Shown here one piece after another: positions 41,325 to 53,310 of a stretch of DNA of 64,000 nt. The notes beneath the pieces were generated by a model that did no database searches, was not told the DNA's origin, and was given only the letters and a program-made list of their open reading frames with translations. Origin of the DNA: the human T2T-CHM13v2.0 reference genome, Homo sapiens. The position numbers and the translations under genes were made by a program. The first letter of the stretch is position 1. Each line of letters begins with the position of its first letter. Where the stretch lies: the NCBI RefSeq assembly GCF_009914755.1, contig NC_060936.1, one strand, 5' to 3'.

Positions 41325-41560
41325 GGATGAAGTTTGCAAACTGGAATGAAGATGTGTTTTCTGTTGCCCTGCATGGTGTTTCTAAAGAGTCAACATTTAA
41401 AAATTGAGAGATTCTACCTCAAATCCAGATGTCTGACTTCTCTTGAAACAAGCAACAGAAGTTGGTGTGGTCCTGGCCCCACATCCCTCTGTGGCAACCA
41501 TCAGCTGAAGCTGAGGGCATCTCTCCGTTAGAGGGGCAGGGGCACCCGGGCCAGCACCAG
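41325..41560. mobile_element. MER102-like hAT-Charlie fragment
   Basis: 'tttaaaaattgagagatt...aaatccagatgtctgacttctcttgaaa...ggcaaccatcagctgaagctgag'. Confidence 0.7.
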
Positions 41561-41742
41561 CCCTCCAGTCTCATTACCTGTGATCAGCCTGGCCACAGCG
41601 AGCATGTGTGGGTCTGACCCTGATTGAGAGGAACTCCTCCTCCCAGGCCAGCACCAGCCCTCCAGTCTCAGTACCTGTGATCTCCCTGGCCACAGTGAGC
41701 ATGTGTGGGTCTGACCCTGACTAAGATAATCTCCTCCTCCCA
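41545..41742. repeat. 97-bp tandem duplication
   Basis: 'ggccagcaccagccctccagtctca.tacctgtgatc..cctggccacag.gagcatgtgtgggtctgaccctga' x2. Confidence 0.96.
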
Positions 41743-42478
41743 TCAGACTCACAGGCTCCAAATGCATCTCCCTGAATTCAGGGAGGACTCACAGCCCCGC
41801 CTAAAGAAGGTCCATAAGCCTTCCAGCTCTGGCTCTCCTGGGTACTGCCAGTGCCTCCCCTGCTGAGTATTCCAATCTAACTTTGATATTATTTCTCACT
41901 GAGATCACCTTCCTGAACATCTTTATTATTCAAATGCATTAGGAAGTTCTTTGCGTAAACTGTCTTATAATGCAGGTTATTCCGCAGGGGCAATGACCCA
42001 CATGCCTTTTCTTTTTTTTATTAATGAAAATTATAGGATGTGTGAAAAAATTCATTTTATGAAGACAGAATTAACTTAAAGAAGCAGAATTTCTAAAAGT
42101 CTTAAAAAACTTTCAGGAAAAGAAAAACCCTTTATGTTGAAGGATCTTTAAAAAAGAAAGAATTAAAAGATACAGAAAATGGCTAAGATTAGATTTTATG
42201 AGAGTAAATTTACAGCTCCTTCCTGGCCAGTGCTTTGAGAGTGACCAGCTGTAGCTGGTCCTCAAAAGAAGTGGTTTCCCTTCAACCCAGTGATACACAC
42301 TGATGATGCTGGCCCCAGTGGTCTGGAATTGGCTCAGTTTTATTTCCTCCTTTGACTCTGTGCTATGGGCTAAGAACAGGAAGCCCACAGATACTCAAAT
42401 GGCTGAACAGTATTGTTCAAGAGTGAAATGCGTTGAACTGCAGGAGAGATGATGTATTTGGCTTAATAAAAAAAATAA

Positions 42479-42779
42479 GGCCAGGCGCGGTGGCTCACGC
42501 CTATAATCCCAGCACTTTGGGAGGCTGAGGCGGGGAGATCATGAGATCAGGAGATTGAGACCATTCTGGCCAACATGGTGAAACCCTGTCTCTACTAAAA
42601 TACAAAAAATTAGCCCAGCGTGGTGGTGCTTGCCTGTAGTCCCAGCAACTCAGGAGGTTGAGGCAGGGGAATCGCTTGAACCAGAGAGGCGGAGGTTGGA
42701 GTGAACCAAGACCACACCACTGTACTCCGGCCTGGTGACAGAGCGAGACTCTATCTCAAAAAAAAAAAAAAAAAAAAAA
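42479..42779 (+). mobile_element. AluSc-like
   Basis: Full dimer with poly-A. Confidence 0.96.
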
Positions 42780-43654
42780 GATTTGCTTTCAGTAGCTTTA
42801 GAAAATGTGACCTGGTCAGCAAGGCCTTAGACAAGCAGACAGGATAACAGTGAGAGGCTGCAGTTCACACTTTCAGGTCCTCCAGAGAGACTTGCGCCAA
42901 TGACACGCCAATGGTTCCCCATATGAAGCAGAGGGTTCCTCTATTTGAAGGTGAGGTGGCCTTCCCAGCTGCTCCCGTTTCAGCCCCTCTTCGTGTTGAG
43001 ACCACATAGACATGGCCACGTGGAAAGCAGCGATTAGCACAGAGTCTGAGGAGGGCTCTCTGGATCCAGCCAGGCACGGGAGGGACTTGTTCTGGAAGGA
43101 GGTGGGCATTTGCCCATCCATGAAGCCCCTCATCTGTGCTCATAGGTGTGATCACAGCACGAAAAGAAGACAAAGAACAAAGACCACCAGATCTAGGGAT
43201 GATGAGGTTCAGTATGCCATTGTGGTGGCTTTTGTAAACTGTCTTAGTTGCACAAGTGAGTTTTTTCATTTTCCTCAGGCTCTACTTCCGGAAGAAGAGG
43301 AGGAAATGAAATCCACAGAAATCAATCTGAAAACATGGGCTGTTCTCCTAGCAATCCTCATATACCTCTGGGGCAGAAAGGAAGCATAAAAGGCTCACCT
43401 CCTTACACCAGGGAACTAACCGTCCAGCTGAGTGAGCATGGTGCCTGCATGGGCAATGAATGCTGCTTCAAGACAGCACAAAAGTGGAGGCCACGGTACC
43501 TAGCCAGCATTAGGGCTGAAGGATTTCAGCGAAGTGAGAGGTTTCTGTGGGCTGAGCAGAGCTTCAAGAGAGGAAGCAGGTTTAGAACTCATGCAAACAT
43601 ACACACGCACACACACACGGGAGCACTCAACCAATATTTGTGCCACCACCTTGT

Positions 43655-43957
43655 CCTGCATCCTGCCACAGCTCTGTTTAACCCCCACCCCACGCCATGC
43701 ACAGAGTAGGCTTTGCTTTCCATTAGGAAGACACTCGAGTCACCTGATTCCCACCTGTCTGTCAAGCGCAGTTCCTGCTGCTCCCATCACACTCACCTAG
43801 ACATGCACACCTGTGGGCCTTTGCATCCTGCTCACCTGGACATGTACACCTGTGGGCCTTTACATCAAGCTTATCTGAATGTGCACACCTGTGGGGCATT
43901 TACATCATGCTCACCTGGATGTGCGCACCTGTGGGCCTTTGTATTATGCATGCTTGG
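43655..43957 (+). repeat. Dispersed duplication copy A with 4 x 39-bp minisatellite (43794-43950)
   Basis: Flank 'ctgccacagctctgtttaacccccaccccac' plus unit cacctggatgtgcacacctgtgggcctttgcatcatgct; partner at 46125. Confidence 0.95.
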
Positions 43958-44159
43958 ATGCACAGAGAGGAAAACACAAGTTCACGGTGAGGCACAGCAG
44001 CATCATCGCGACAACAGAAGTATTCAGAGCATTTCTGCCTGGGTTCATATCTGCGTCTACCTCCTGCTACCTGCGTGACCTTAGCAACCCAGGGTTCCTC
44101 AGCTACTAAGGAGATAACATCAGTCCAGGCACTTGGCAAGGCTCAGTAATATAATTTGA

Positions 44160-44440
44160 TCATTCATTCATTCAACACATATTGATTGAGTGCCCACTGA
44201 GCACCAAGCACTGTCTGAGGTACTGAGGATGCAGCAGTGGAATTAAGCAATGTTTCTTGCTCCTGTGAAGCTTGCATTCTAGGGGGCAAAACTCGACATT
44301 CACCGTGGTAAGTAACTGAAATCATTAGATTAGCTGGTAGTGACTCATGAGCAGGTAGTGAAATAATTAGATTAGCAGATACCATCAGAGAAAAAAAAAA
44401 TAAAGTGAGAAAGGGATAGGGAGGGCCAGAGTTCCTGGAG
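44160..44440 (-). mobile_element. L2 3' end
   Basis: 'cattcattcattcaacacatattgattgagtgcccact...gcttgcattctag'. Confidence 0.85.
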
Positions 44441-44469
44441 GGGGCTTCTGGCTCCGTAAGGGAGGCAGC

Positions 44470-44792
44470 CATGATAAATAATGAAGTGCTGGCACAGGCT
44501 ACAATGTAGAGGAAGGTGGCAAATATCCCGCTGAGTTAGAGAAGTCAATAGGAAGGATCCTATGTCCCATGACTCTATTTATAGGAAATGTGCAGAATAG
44601 GCACATCCATCCAGAAGGAATGCAGTTGGTGGATGCTGGGGTAGGGGGAGGATGGAGTGACCACATAATAGCTGTGAGCCGTGGATTTACTTATGAGTGA
44701 TGGAATGTTTTGGAACTAGATAGGTGTGATGGTTGCACAACATTGTAAATGTGCCTAATGCCACCAAAGTGCTCAGTGTAAAATGGTTTAAA
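44470..44792 (+). mobile_element. L1MB 3' end
   Basis: 'aaatgtgcagaataggcacatccat', 'gatggttgcacaacattgtaaatgtgcctaatgccac'. Confidence 0.85.
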
Positions 44793-45091
44793 GATGAGAA
44801 GGAGACGAGGAGGGAATTATGAGGATATCTGTGTTTTCCAGGCACTGGGAGTAGCAGGCACGAGGGCCCCAGGCAGTAAGGAGCATGCCATGGTGTGTTT
44901 GGGGGACAGCGAGGAGGGGCTGGTGTGCCGAGGTGTGTGAGCAGGAAACAGAAGCAGGCGTGAGATTGGGGCATCAGGGGCCTTAGGCCACTATTATCAT
45001 AATTCTGATTACCACAGACAGACAGGAGGAAGCCTATGAACACAGTCATACACATGTTACACTAAAGAACGACCTCACTAAGATGGGAAGT

Positions 45092-45383
45092 TCTCTATGC
45101 TTATAAGAAGGAAAAGAACTTGCACTATAAAAGGAAGGAAAAAAAAGTAAAGTCTGCCTTACCCTTTCAAAGAAACCTGTTTTCCCGGAAAGAACTTGGC
45201 ACTGGACACCCAGGAGGTATAGGACACCCAACCCCCTCTGCACTCATGAGAAGGAAAAGAGCTTGCACTGTAAAAGGAAGAAAAAAAAAGTAAAGTCTGC
45301 TTTTCCCCTTCAAAGAAAACCTGTTTCCTTGGAAAGAACTTGGCATTGGACAACCAGGAGGACCCAACCTCCTCTGCACTCAT
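45092..45383. repeat. ~140-bp tandem duplication
   Basis: 'agaaggaaaaga.cttgcact.taaaaggaag.aaaaaaaagtaaagtctgc...ggaaagaacttggca.tggaca' x2. Confidence 0.96.
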
Positions 45384-46124
45384 TTGTGCTCCAGTGATGA
45401 GTGTCCACGTGGGTGACCCGGACTACGCTGGCCAGTGTGACAGCAGTGCAGGCGGGCCATCTCCATTGGCTTCCCAGTCCGGGCTGTCCTTGGACACAGA
45501 TGCGAGGGACACTGCTCCATAGACGTGGGTCTCATTTCCGGGGATCCTGAGCTGGCTACATGTGTGATCTGATCTCCACCCGCCCACTCGAATGTGACCA
45601 TCCCCCAGCCCTGAGGGAGGTGTGAGAATTGTGCAGCTCTCAGCTCCCCAGGACCTGCAAGGCCCCACTCAAACCAAATGACCCCTGCTGGCTGCCTGGG
45701 GTCCCAGCCTGGTTTGTTTCCTTCTCTCTGGAATCACAGACCTGTGCTGCCTGCTTAGTGCCTGAAAACTGCTGTTTCCTGGCTTCTGTTTGGGCTCCTA
45801 GTTGTTTATGGCAGGGGTGGGGGCCAGGCTGGCCACTGACTCCATCCTGGACACAAGCCGCTGAACCACACTTTATAATAAACACAGGTGATTAGGACTT
45901 GTGTCCCAGGCTCCATCCCAAGGCTCCCATTTTTTTGCCTCAGGGACGCCACTGCCTTGTACTTGGCTCCATCTCCTACACAGACTCTGTTCCTGAGTCC
46001 TGCTGGTTCTAGCCAGACCTGTCTCTGGAATCCACCTTCTCCTCCCCATCGTCACACCTTACTCACCCTGCCTCATGACAGGCCTCTGCCTCCCATTCTT
46101 CACACCCACCAGGGATCACCCTAA

Positions 46125-46466
46125 CCTGTGTTCTGCCATAGCTCTGTTTAACCCCCACCCCACACCATGCGCAGAGTGGGCTTTGTTTTCCGTTAGGAGG
46201 ACACTTGGGTCACCTCATCCCCATCTGCCCATCCAGGCCTGGCTCCTGATGCTCCCATCACACCCACCTGGATGTGTACACCTGCGGGTCTGTGCATCAA
46301 GCACACCTGAATGTGCATACCTGCAGACCTTTGCATCATGCGTACCTGGACGTGCACACCTGTGGGTCTTTGCATCAAGATGACCTGAATGTGCACACCT
46401 GTGGGCCTTTGCATCATGTTCACAGGGACGTGCACACCTGTGGGCCTTTGCATTATGCTTGCCTGG
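46125..46466 (+). repeat. Dispersed duplication copy B with 5 x 39-bp minisatellite (46265-46459), embedded in an L2-like remnant
   Basis: Same flank and units as 43655; L2-like context resumes 'gggcctttgct...tctgcctgaggatg'. Confidence 0.95.
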
Positions 46467-49400
46467 CCCTTGCTTGTCCGTGGGCCTTTGCTCCGCCCTT
46501 TCTTCTGCCTGAGGATGGTCTTCGAAATTTCAGTCCTGTCCCTGGAGAGGCCTGGTAGCTTCTGTATCACTGTACAATCATCTCCCCAGTCAGGTTGGTG
46601 GTTCCTTCTTCTCTGTAAGCCTATCCTTGCATATTGGTCTCTCGGGAGATAAAGAATTGCATTTTACTCTTTCTCTTTCCCCAGGCCCCTGCAAGAGTCC
46701 CACCCAAACTAAATGCAAACATTCTGGATGACGTTAATTGTGCCCAGATGAGCTGTAAGGGCTGGCTGTGCTTAATAAAGAGATCAAGGGATGCCAGAAT
46801 GCAGATCCCAATTCCAACTCTGAGCACAGGAGACCGATTCACCCTCCACCCCAATTAGGAGCTAAAATGGTGGAATTAAATTGGCAGACATGAGTTCGAA
46901 AGAAAATCCTCAAACTAAGCAAAATCAGGAGAAAAAAAGACAGTCTTAGGGGAGAAACTAGGAATCCCTGAGAAGGACGTGGAGAGAAGGAAAGAGCTGA
47001 GACACGTTTCCTGGGTCACTCCCCGTCCATCAGCTTCTTGTCACTTGCTTTACATGCAGCTTTATCATGAGAGCGAGTGAATAAACAGCCCCCCTGAGCC
47101 ACAGAATGAGCCTGAGCTTTCGAAGGGCAGGTGGGCAGGTTGCAGGCAGCAGAGTCCAGCAAGGACCCTCTCTAGCCAGACCTACCTGCAGCGGGGAGGG
47201 GAGGGTGTGTGTCTCCAGGGTTGGGAAGGAGAAAATCACAAAGGAGACAGGACAGGAGAGCTCCAGAGAGGGACTCCCAGCCAAAAGAGAAATGAGATTT
47301 TTTAATAAAAATTAGCAAACATACATTTTGCTTGCCATAGAATACAAATAAAATTCACAAAGTTCAGATGTAAGGTATAGGATCCACAGGTCTTTCTGAA
47401 GCCCCTGCCATATGCCAGCCTCTGAGGACACAGAGATGAACAAGACACGGTCTTTGCCTCCAGGGAGCACAGAGAGACTGCAGGGAGGAGGCCTGGGAAT
47501 AAGCAGAACCTGATGCAGCCTGGTGGGTGGCCAGGTAGGAGCAGCCCAGGACTCAGAAGAAACCTGTAAGAGAGTAATGAGGCAGATTTAAAACGACTAA
47601 AACCCTGCACCTCCCTCTTCCCTTTAGGGCTGAAGGCTCCTCGGCAGGCAAAGCCCCACAGAGGGCAGAGGCAGGATGACCCTCCTAGACTCCGGCTCCC
47701 AGAGACAGGGCCCCGACAGTGAGTGTCCCGGCAGCTTCTTGAATCCTTCATGCAGGCAGGCATTTTTAGACCATTCCCTGGGAACTGTTTTGGAAGCTTT
47801 GTGAAAATGCACAGTTATGAGCATACAGGTGGTGATCAATAAATGCAGGTTTAACTGTAATGGTCTGGGGATTCATCCTGGCCATCTTCCCAGGAAAGCT
47901 GCTTCCTTTATAAAACCAGAAGCACATTTGGTTTCTTTTCACCTGTTGTCAGTGAAATGGGCTCAGGGGTGCCACAGCAGCAAACACGGTATTCAGGTGG
48001 CTTTGGGACAAGGGTTTGTTTCTCACTGTGTGCTGTGTACCCAGTGTGGGGGAACTGGGTGCTCTGTTCCTCTCTTCTCTGTTCCTAGAATGATCACTAT
48101 TGGGGAGAGTTCTGCAAAGCTCTGCACTGTTAAGCAAAAGCTCATCCATGAGAGGGACTCGTCACCTTTCTGCTGAGAGCCCTGCCAACCACAAGGAGGC
48201 TGGAAGTATTCACACCAACTAATGAATTGGGAACCCACTCCTCAAGGGGTCTTCCATCGCCTCAGATATCTGGTGTTTTAAAGAATTTAGCATATTGTAA
48301 AAAAAAAAAAAAGTCTATCCTGGGAGAACCATATACAAAAGTAGTCTGTGAACCTTTTAGAAAACTCAGAGAAGAGCAAAGATGAAATTAGGATCCCTCC
48401 ACCCCCAAACACACACACACTTCCTTTCTTTGGTAAGAATTTTGATCCTCCAGGCAGAAACCTAGTGTTGCCAATTTCTCTTACCCCCTTTAGGAAGGAC
48501 CGCCGTGTCTTCTCCATCTGGGCAGAAAGTCGAATGATTTATTGTAGCCACTGAGTGCAAGCTTGTATGCCCACAAATGTTACACTAAGTGGCAGGCTTG
48601 ATTTTCATCAGCATTTTGTTCTTGACTTCAATTTACTTCCTTCAGCTGTCAACATTGTGTATGCCACTTTTATTTTGTGATTCTCAACATTCTACGTTCT
48701 TCTTCTTCTCTCCCCTTAGCCCTGCCTTTCTCATCTTTCCACTTACCCCATTTATCTCCGCCCTATTGTTCCCACTCCTAAAATGTGCAAAACTTTCTCC
48801 AAGTTCCCTTCCAACGTCCCCACCCCCAGTGAGAAGTCTCTCTAGAATTCCCTTGAATCATCGATTTATTTTCTGGTGTGTTCTATTAAACCCAAGCGGT
48901 TCATTTCTTCTTTTTATACACAGGGCATCTTTCACTTTATTCCATATGTTTAACTCTTGGAAAGATAAAGTATATTTTAAGTTTCAATGAATGCAGTTCA
49001 GTGTAGACTTTTAAAAGTAAAACTTCCAGGTCCTTTATTAGCTTCCCAGACGGATAAAGAATCATTGCATAGTCTTTAACATTTCATTTGTTATCCTAGA
49101 GATATTCTGCAATTTCTTTCATGACTGATATAAGCGTTAACTAAGATATCACATCCTCTGGTACAAGAGAAATACAGGAAAAGAAATAGAACATCCTCAA
49201 ATACAGGCAAGTAAACTGGAAGTTCAGTAAGATCCCCCCGAATGGGCTGCTTTCTGTCTCCCAGCAACGCCCTACCAGCATGTTTTCTTAAGCGAGAGAC
49301 ACACTTCTGCTTGGGAGGAATGCGTTGTCCCCTGAGCTTTTTCAGTTGCCTTTGTCTTTCCTGTTGCCTACATGGGAAGGTTTAAACAGCTGAGGCACTG

Positions 49401-49827
49401 AGATGACTGAACTGTTCACTTCTTTGGAGTTTTTTTTCTGATTTCCCTCAAGATGTAATTGAGGGTACGCGCTGCTGGCTCGAATACTCTATAGGCCGTG
49501 CTGGGTCCTTCAGATAGGATACTCATCTGGACCTAAGGGAAGCTGTTAATTTTGATAACCTGGTCAAGGAGGGTGTTCTTCAATTTCTCTTCTTATTACC
49601 ACTATTCTGCTACCAATTAATAAGAAATGTGTGAGGAGACACCTTATGACCAGGCAAATATCATACCCTTTATTAAAATTCTCCCTGGATTTCACATACA
49701 TTGATCATTGTTGCCTGATATGATGCTACTCTGATGGTTGCAAAATGCTTATTTATCTAACTTGAGCACTTTCTGCACTTTTATCATACGGCCTTTGGCA
49801 TTCTGCTGGAAGAAAGCGCCCCCTTCT

Positions 49828-49851
49828 TTATCTATCTGATCTGTCTATCTG

Positions 49852-49893
<42 letters not shown>

Positions 49894-50690
49894 ATCTATT
49901 ATCTATCTTATCTTTCAAATCTATCTTCTGTCTCTGTTATCTATCAATCTGATAATCTATCTTATGTACCCATCCATTCATCCATCTATTCCTTTTTTTT
50001 TAATTTATATTTTATTTTATTTTACTTTAAGTTCTGGGGCACAGGTGCAGAATGTGCAGGTGTGTTACACAGGTATACATGTGCCATGGTGGTGTGTGGC
50101 ATGCATCAACCCGTCATCTAGGTTTTAAGCCCCACATGCATTAGGTATTTGTCCTAATGCTTTCCCTCCCATAGCCCCCAGCTCCTGACAGGCCCCAGTG
50201 TGTGATGTTCCCCTCCCTGTGTCCATGTGTTCTCATTGTTCAACTCCCACTTATGAGTGAGAACATGTGGTGTTTGTTTTTCTGTTCCTGTGTCAGTTTG
50301 CTGAGAATGGTGGCTTCCGGCTTTATTCTATTCTATTCTATTCTATTCTATTCTATTCTATTCTATTCTATTCTATTCTATTCTATTCTATTCTTTTCTA
50401 TTCTATTCTATGGTCTAATCTAGTCTATCTATATCATTCTATCGTCATCTATCTTATCTGTCTTCTATCTATTTTATCTATCAATCTAATCATCTATCGT
50501 ATCTATCTATTCATCCATTCATCATTTCGTTCTATTCTATTCTCTATCTTCCATCTAATCTATCTATCATCATCTATCTTATCTATCTTCTGTCAATCTT
50601 ATATATCAGTCGAATCATCTGTCTTATCTATTATCTATCTATCAGCTACCTATCTATCTTTATCTTATTTATCTATCCTATCTAGACTGA
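49828..50690. repeat. Compound (TCTA)n/(TTCTA)n simple-repeat field split by an L1PA
   Basis: (TCTA)10 at 49852-49891, (TTCTA)13 at 50326-50390, degenerate TCTA to ~50685. Confidence 0.95.
49993..50322 (-). mobile_element. L1PA8-11-like 3' end
   Basis: 'ttactttaagttctgggg...ggttttaagccccacatgcattagg...caactcccacttatgagtgagaacatg'. Confidence 0.9.
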
Positions 50691-50780
50691 TTAAGTTATT
50701 TGTCCTATATTTGGCCAGTAAGAGTCCCTTCAAGCTTGTTCCTGTTTTCTTGAGACATGTATCTACCACTTTTTCCAGCA

Positions 50781-50941
50781 TTTTCTTTTTTTTTTAATTA
50801 TACTTTAAGTTCTAGGGTACATGTGCACAATGTGCAGGTTTGTTACATATGTATACGTGTGCCGTGTTGGTGTGCTGCACCCATTAACTCATCATTTACA
50901 CTCATCTGACAAAGGGCTAATATCCAGAATCTACAAAGAAC
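50781..50941 (-). mobile_element. ~160-bp young L1PA with inverted ORF2 piece
   Basis: Antisense 3' end 'attatactttaagttctagggtacatgtgcac...cccattaactcatcatttaca' joined to sense 'ctcatctgacaaagggctaatatccagaatctacaaagaac'. Confidence 0.9.
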
Positions 50942-51989
50942 ACTTTCTTATGTTCAGGTACATCGTGTTATTCTGAGCTTATCTTATACCTACCCTGGCC
51001 TAGCCCTGTAATAAGCAACTTCTCTGAGGAAGTGTAGTTCTTCTCAGAGGAGAATTATATTTGAGACCAAATGCAGAGTGTAAAGTGTGAGTATCGATAC
51101 TGACATAGCTTTGCTTTTTAGCCCTTTTTGTGAACAGAGTGAGGAAATATATGTATCAATATACCTATTTACATCTATAGAGACATACATGCAAATACAC
51201 ATTCACACATATTTTACATACATACTTACACATGTACTTACATACTTGCAGATACATGTATATTTGGAAATTATGAGTTTATAGCAATATCCAAATTATA
51301 GTGCATTACCACAGGGTTCTTTCCCATGTCCATATCGGTGTGTTCTTCCTTCCATAGTGAAAACCCGACTCCCAATGATAACAACAACGTTCACTCCTCT
51401 GTTCAATTCTGTAATACTCCAAAATGTTCTCAGAAGATTAGAACAAAAACAGCAACATGAAACAAACCTATTAACCCTATTAAAGATTGTGAGTGGATAG
51501 TGAAACACTGTGTTCGTAAGTTATACTGATTAGTTTTGTTTAGGTTGATTCCCTTCAGTGTTGTTATAGCATTCATATAAAATACATAGTCTGCTAATTT
51601 TATATTCAGTTTTATAATGTTTTTATCCCCCTCCCATCTTTATTAATTTTTTGTGCTTCCAAAAGTCAAAATTTATTCAAGAAAGTATAAAACTGTCTCA
51701 CTCTCTCTCATATTCCACCTGCCCACTCCAGCCTCACCTTTTCCAAGTAACCAATTTCATTTTGGTTGACTTATTTTCCTGTGCATATTTTTTTTCTAGT
51801 AAAGATAAGCAGACACATGTATTGGTTTTTATTTTCTATTCCTTCTTTACACAAAAGGTAGATGTTTTTACTTAACAGTATTTTCTGAAAATCATTGTTT
51901 ATAAAATCCTCCTTCTTGTTTACACTGGCAGAGAGTCCTATTGTGTGGCATGGAGAGGTTACACATCCACTTTCATATGCTTGACTTCA

Positions 51990-52240
51990 TGGGCACCAGC
52001 CTCCAAGATGGCCCCCCATGCTCACAGCCTCTTGGGTAGTCCTTTCCTGCCTTGTGCCAGAGGTGGTCTGTGTGACCAATAGTAAAAGGCAGAAGTGATG
52101 ATAGGGTGTCACTTCCAAAACGAGGTTGTATGAACCACATCTTCCATCTTAGGCTCACTCTTTCTTGGCCACGCTCTGTCTTAGATCACTCACTCTGGAG
52201 ATAGCCGACTTTCGTGTTCAAGAACATACTGAGAACAGCA
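51990..52240 (+). mobile_element. MLT1F-like LTR 5' part
   Basis: 'cagcctccaagatggcccc...tgtgtgaccaatag..aaggcagaagtgatg...gatcactcactctgg'. Confidence 0.75.
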
Positions 52241-52609
52241 CAACATGAGAAACACATTCAGGTAGTTTGGGACATGGGTTACTCATTACTTTTTTGGTTT
52301 TTTATGGCACGAAATCCTGCAATCATTTTATAATGGAGAGAGGCTGTCAATTTCAATGAGGACTATGAGGAATGAACCACATGAAGGGTGCACCCATGAG
52401 GAAGTTTGGCCTTCAAGTAACATAATACAAAATTTTAAACACATTCTATACAACAAAATAAGTTATTATTTTTCATAACAAGAAGTCTGGAGATAACATT
52501 CCTGAGACACAAGTATGATATATATTAATGGAATAAAGATACTGAATGGGGTTAGAATAAAACATCGACATTAATTCTCTATACTTTGTGCCTCCCAATT
52601 TTGTAGCTA

Positions 52610-53310
52610 TATATATTTTTTTTGGGGGGGATAATTATAGACTCATATAATGTTGTAAGAAATAAAGTTGAGAGACCCCATGTACCATTAACGAAATTTA
52701 ATGCAATGATATGATCTTGCATAATTATAGTAAGATACCACCACCATGAATTGAAAATCGATACAATTCATTGACATTATTCAAATTTTGCCAGTTTTAC
52801 ATATACTCATTTGTGTGTCTTTGTGTATTTAGTTCTATGAGATTTTTTTAGGTGTACATTTGTGTATTCACCACCATAGTTAAGCAAAATCTCATCACCA
52901 CAGTCAAGCAAAATTTAATTGCCACAAAAGGATGCCACCCTTTTGCAGCCATGCTCACCTTGTCCAACATGGTCACAATTAACCCCTGACAACCACTTCA
53001 AAAATGTCATATAAAAAGCATAATACAGTATGGAAGCTTTTGGATTGGTTTTTTTACACGCAACATAATTACCTGGAGATTTATCTCATTTTTGGTGTAC
53101 ATCAATAATTATTTCCCTTTTATTATTGAATAGTATTCCATAATATAGAAGATATTTGGGTTGCTGTCAGTTTTTGAATCTTATGAATAAAGCTGCTATT
53201 GATTTTCATAGATAGGTTTCTGTGTGTATGTAGGCATTTACTTCCCTGGAATAAATGACCAAAAATGCAATTGCTGGGTCATATGGTACCTTGTGTTAGT
53301 TTTAAAATTG
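52610..53310 (-). mobile_element. L1MC/MD-like 3' end
   Basis: 'gagagaccccatgtacc', 'tatgaataaagctgctat', 'gcaattgctgggtcatatggta'. Confidence 0.8.

Noticed and set aside
50202-50797. 176-aa hydrophobic ORF with (ILFYS)n
   Set aside because: Read-through of TTCTA/TCTA microsatellites.
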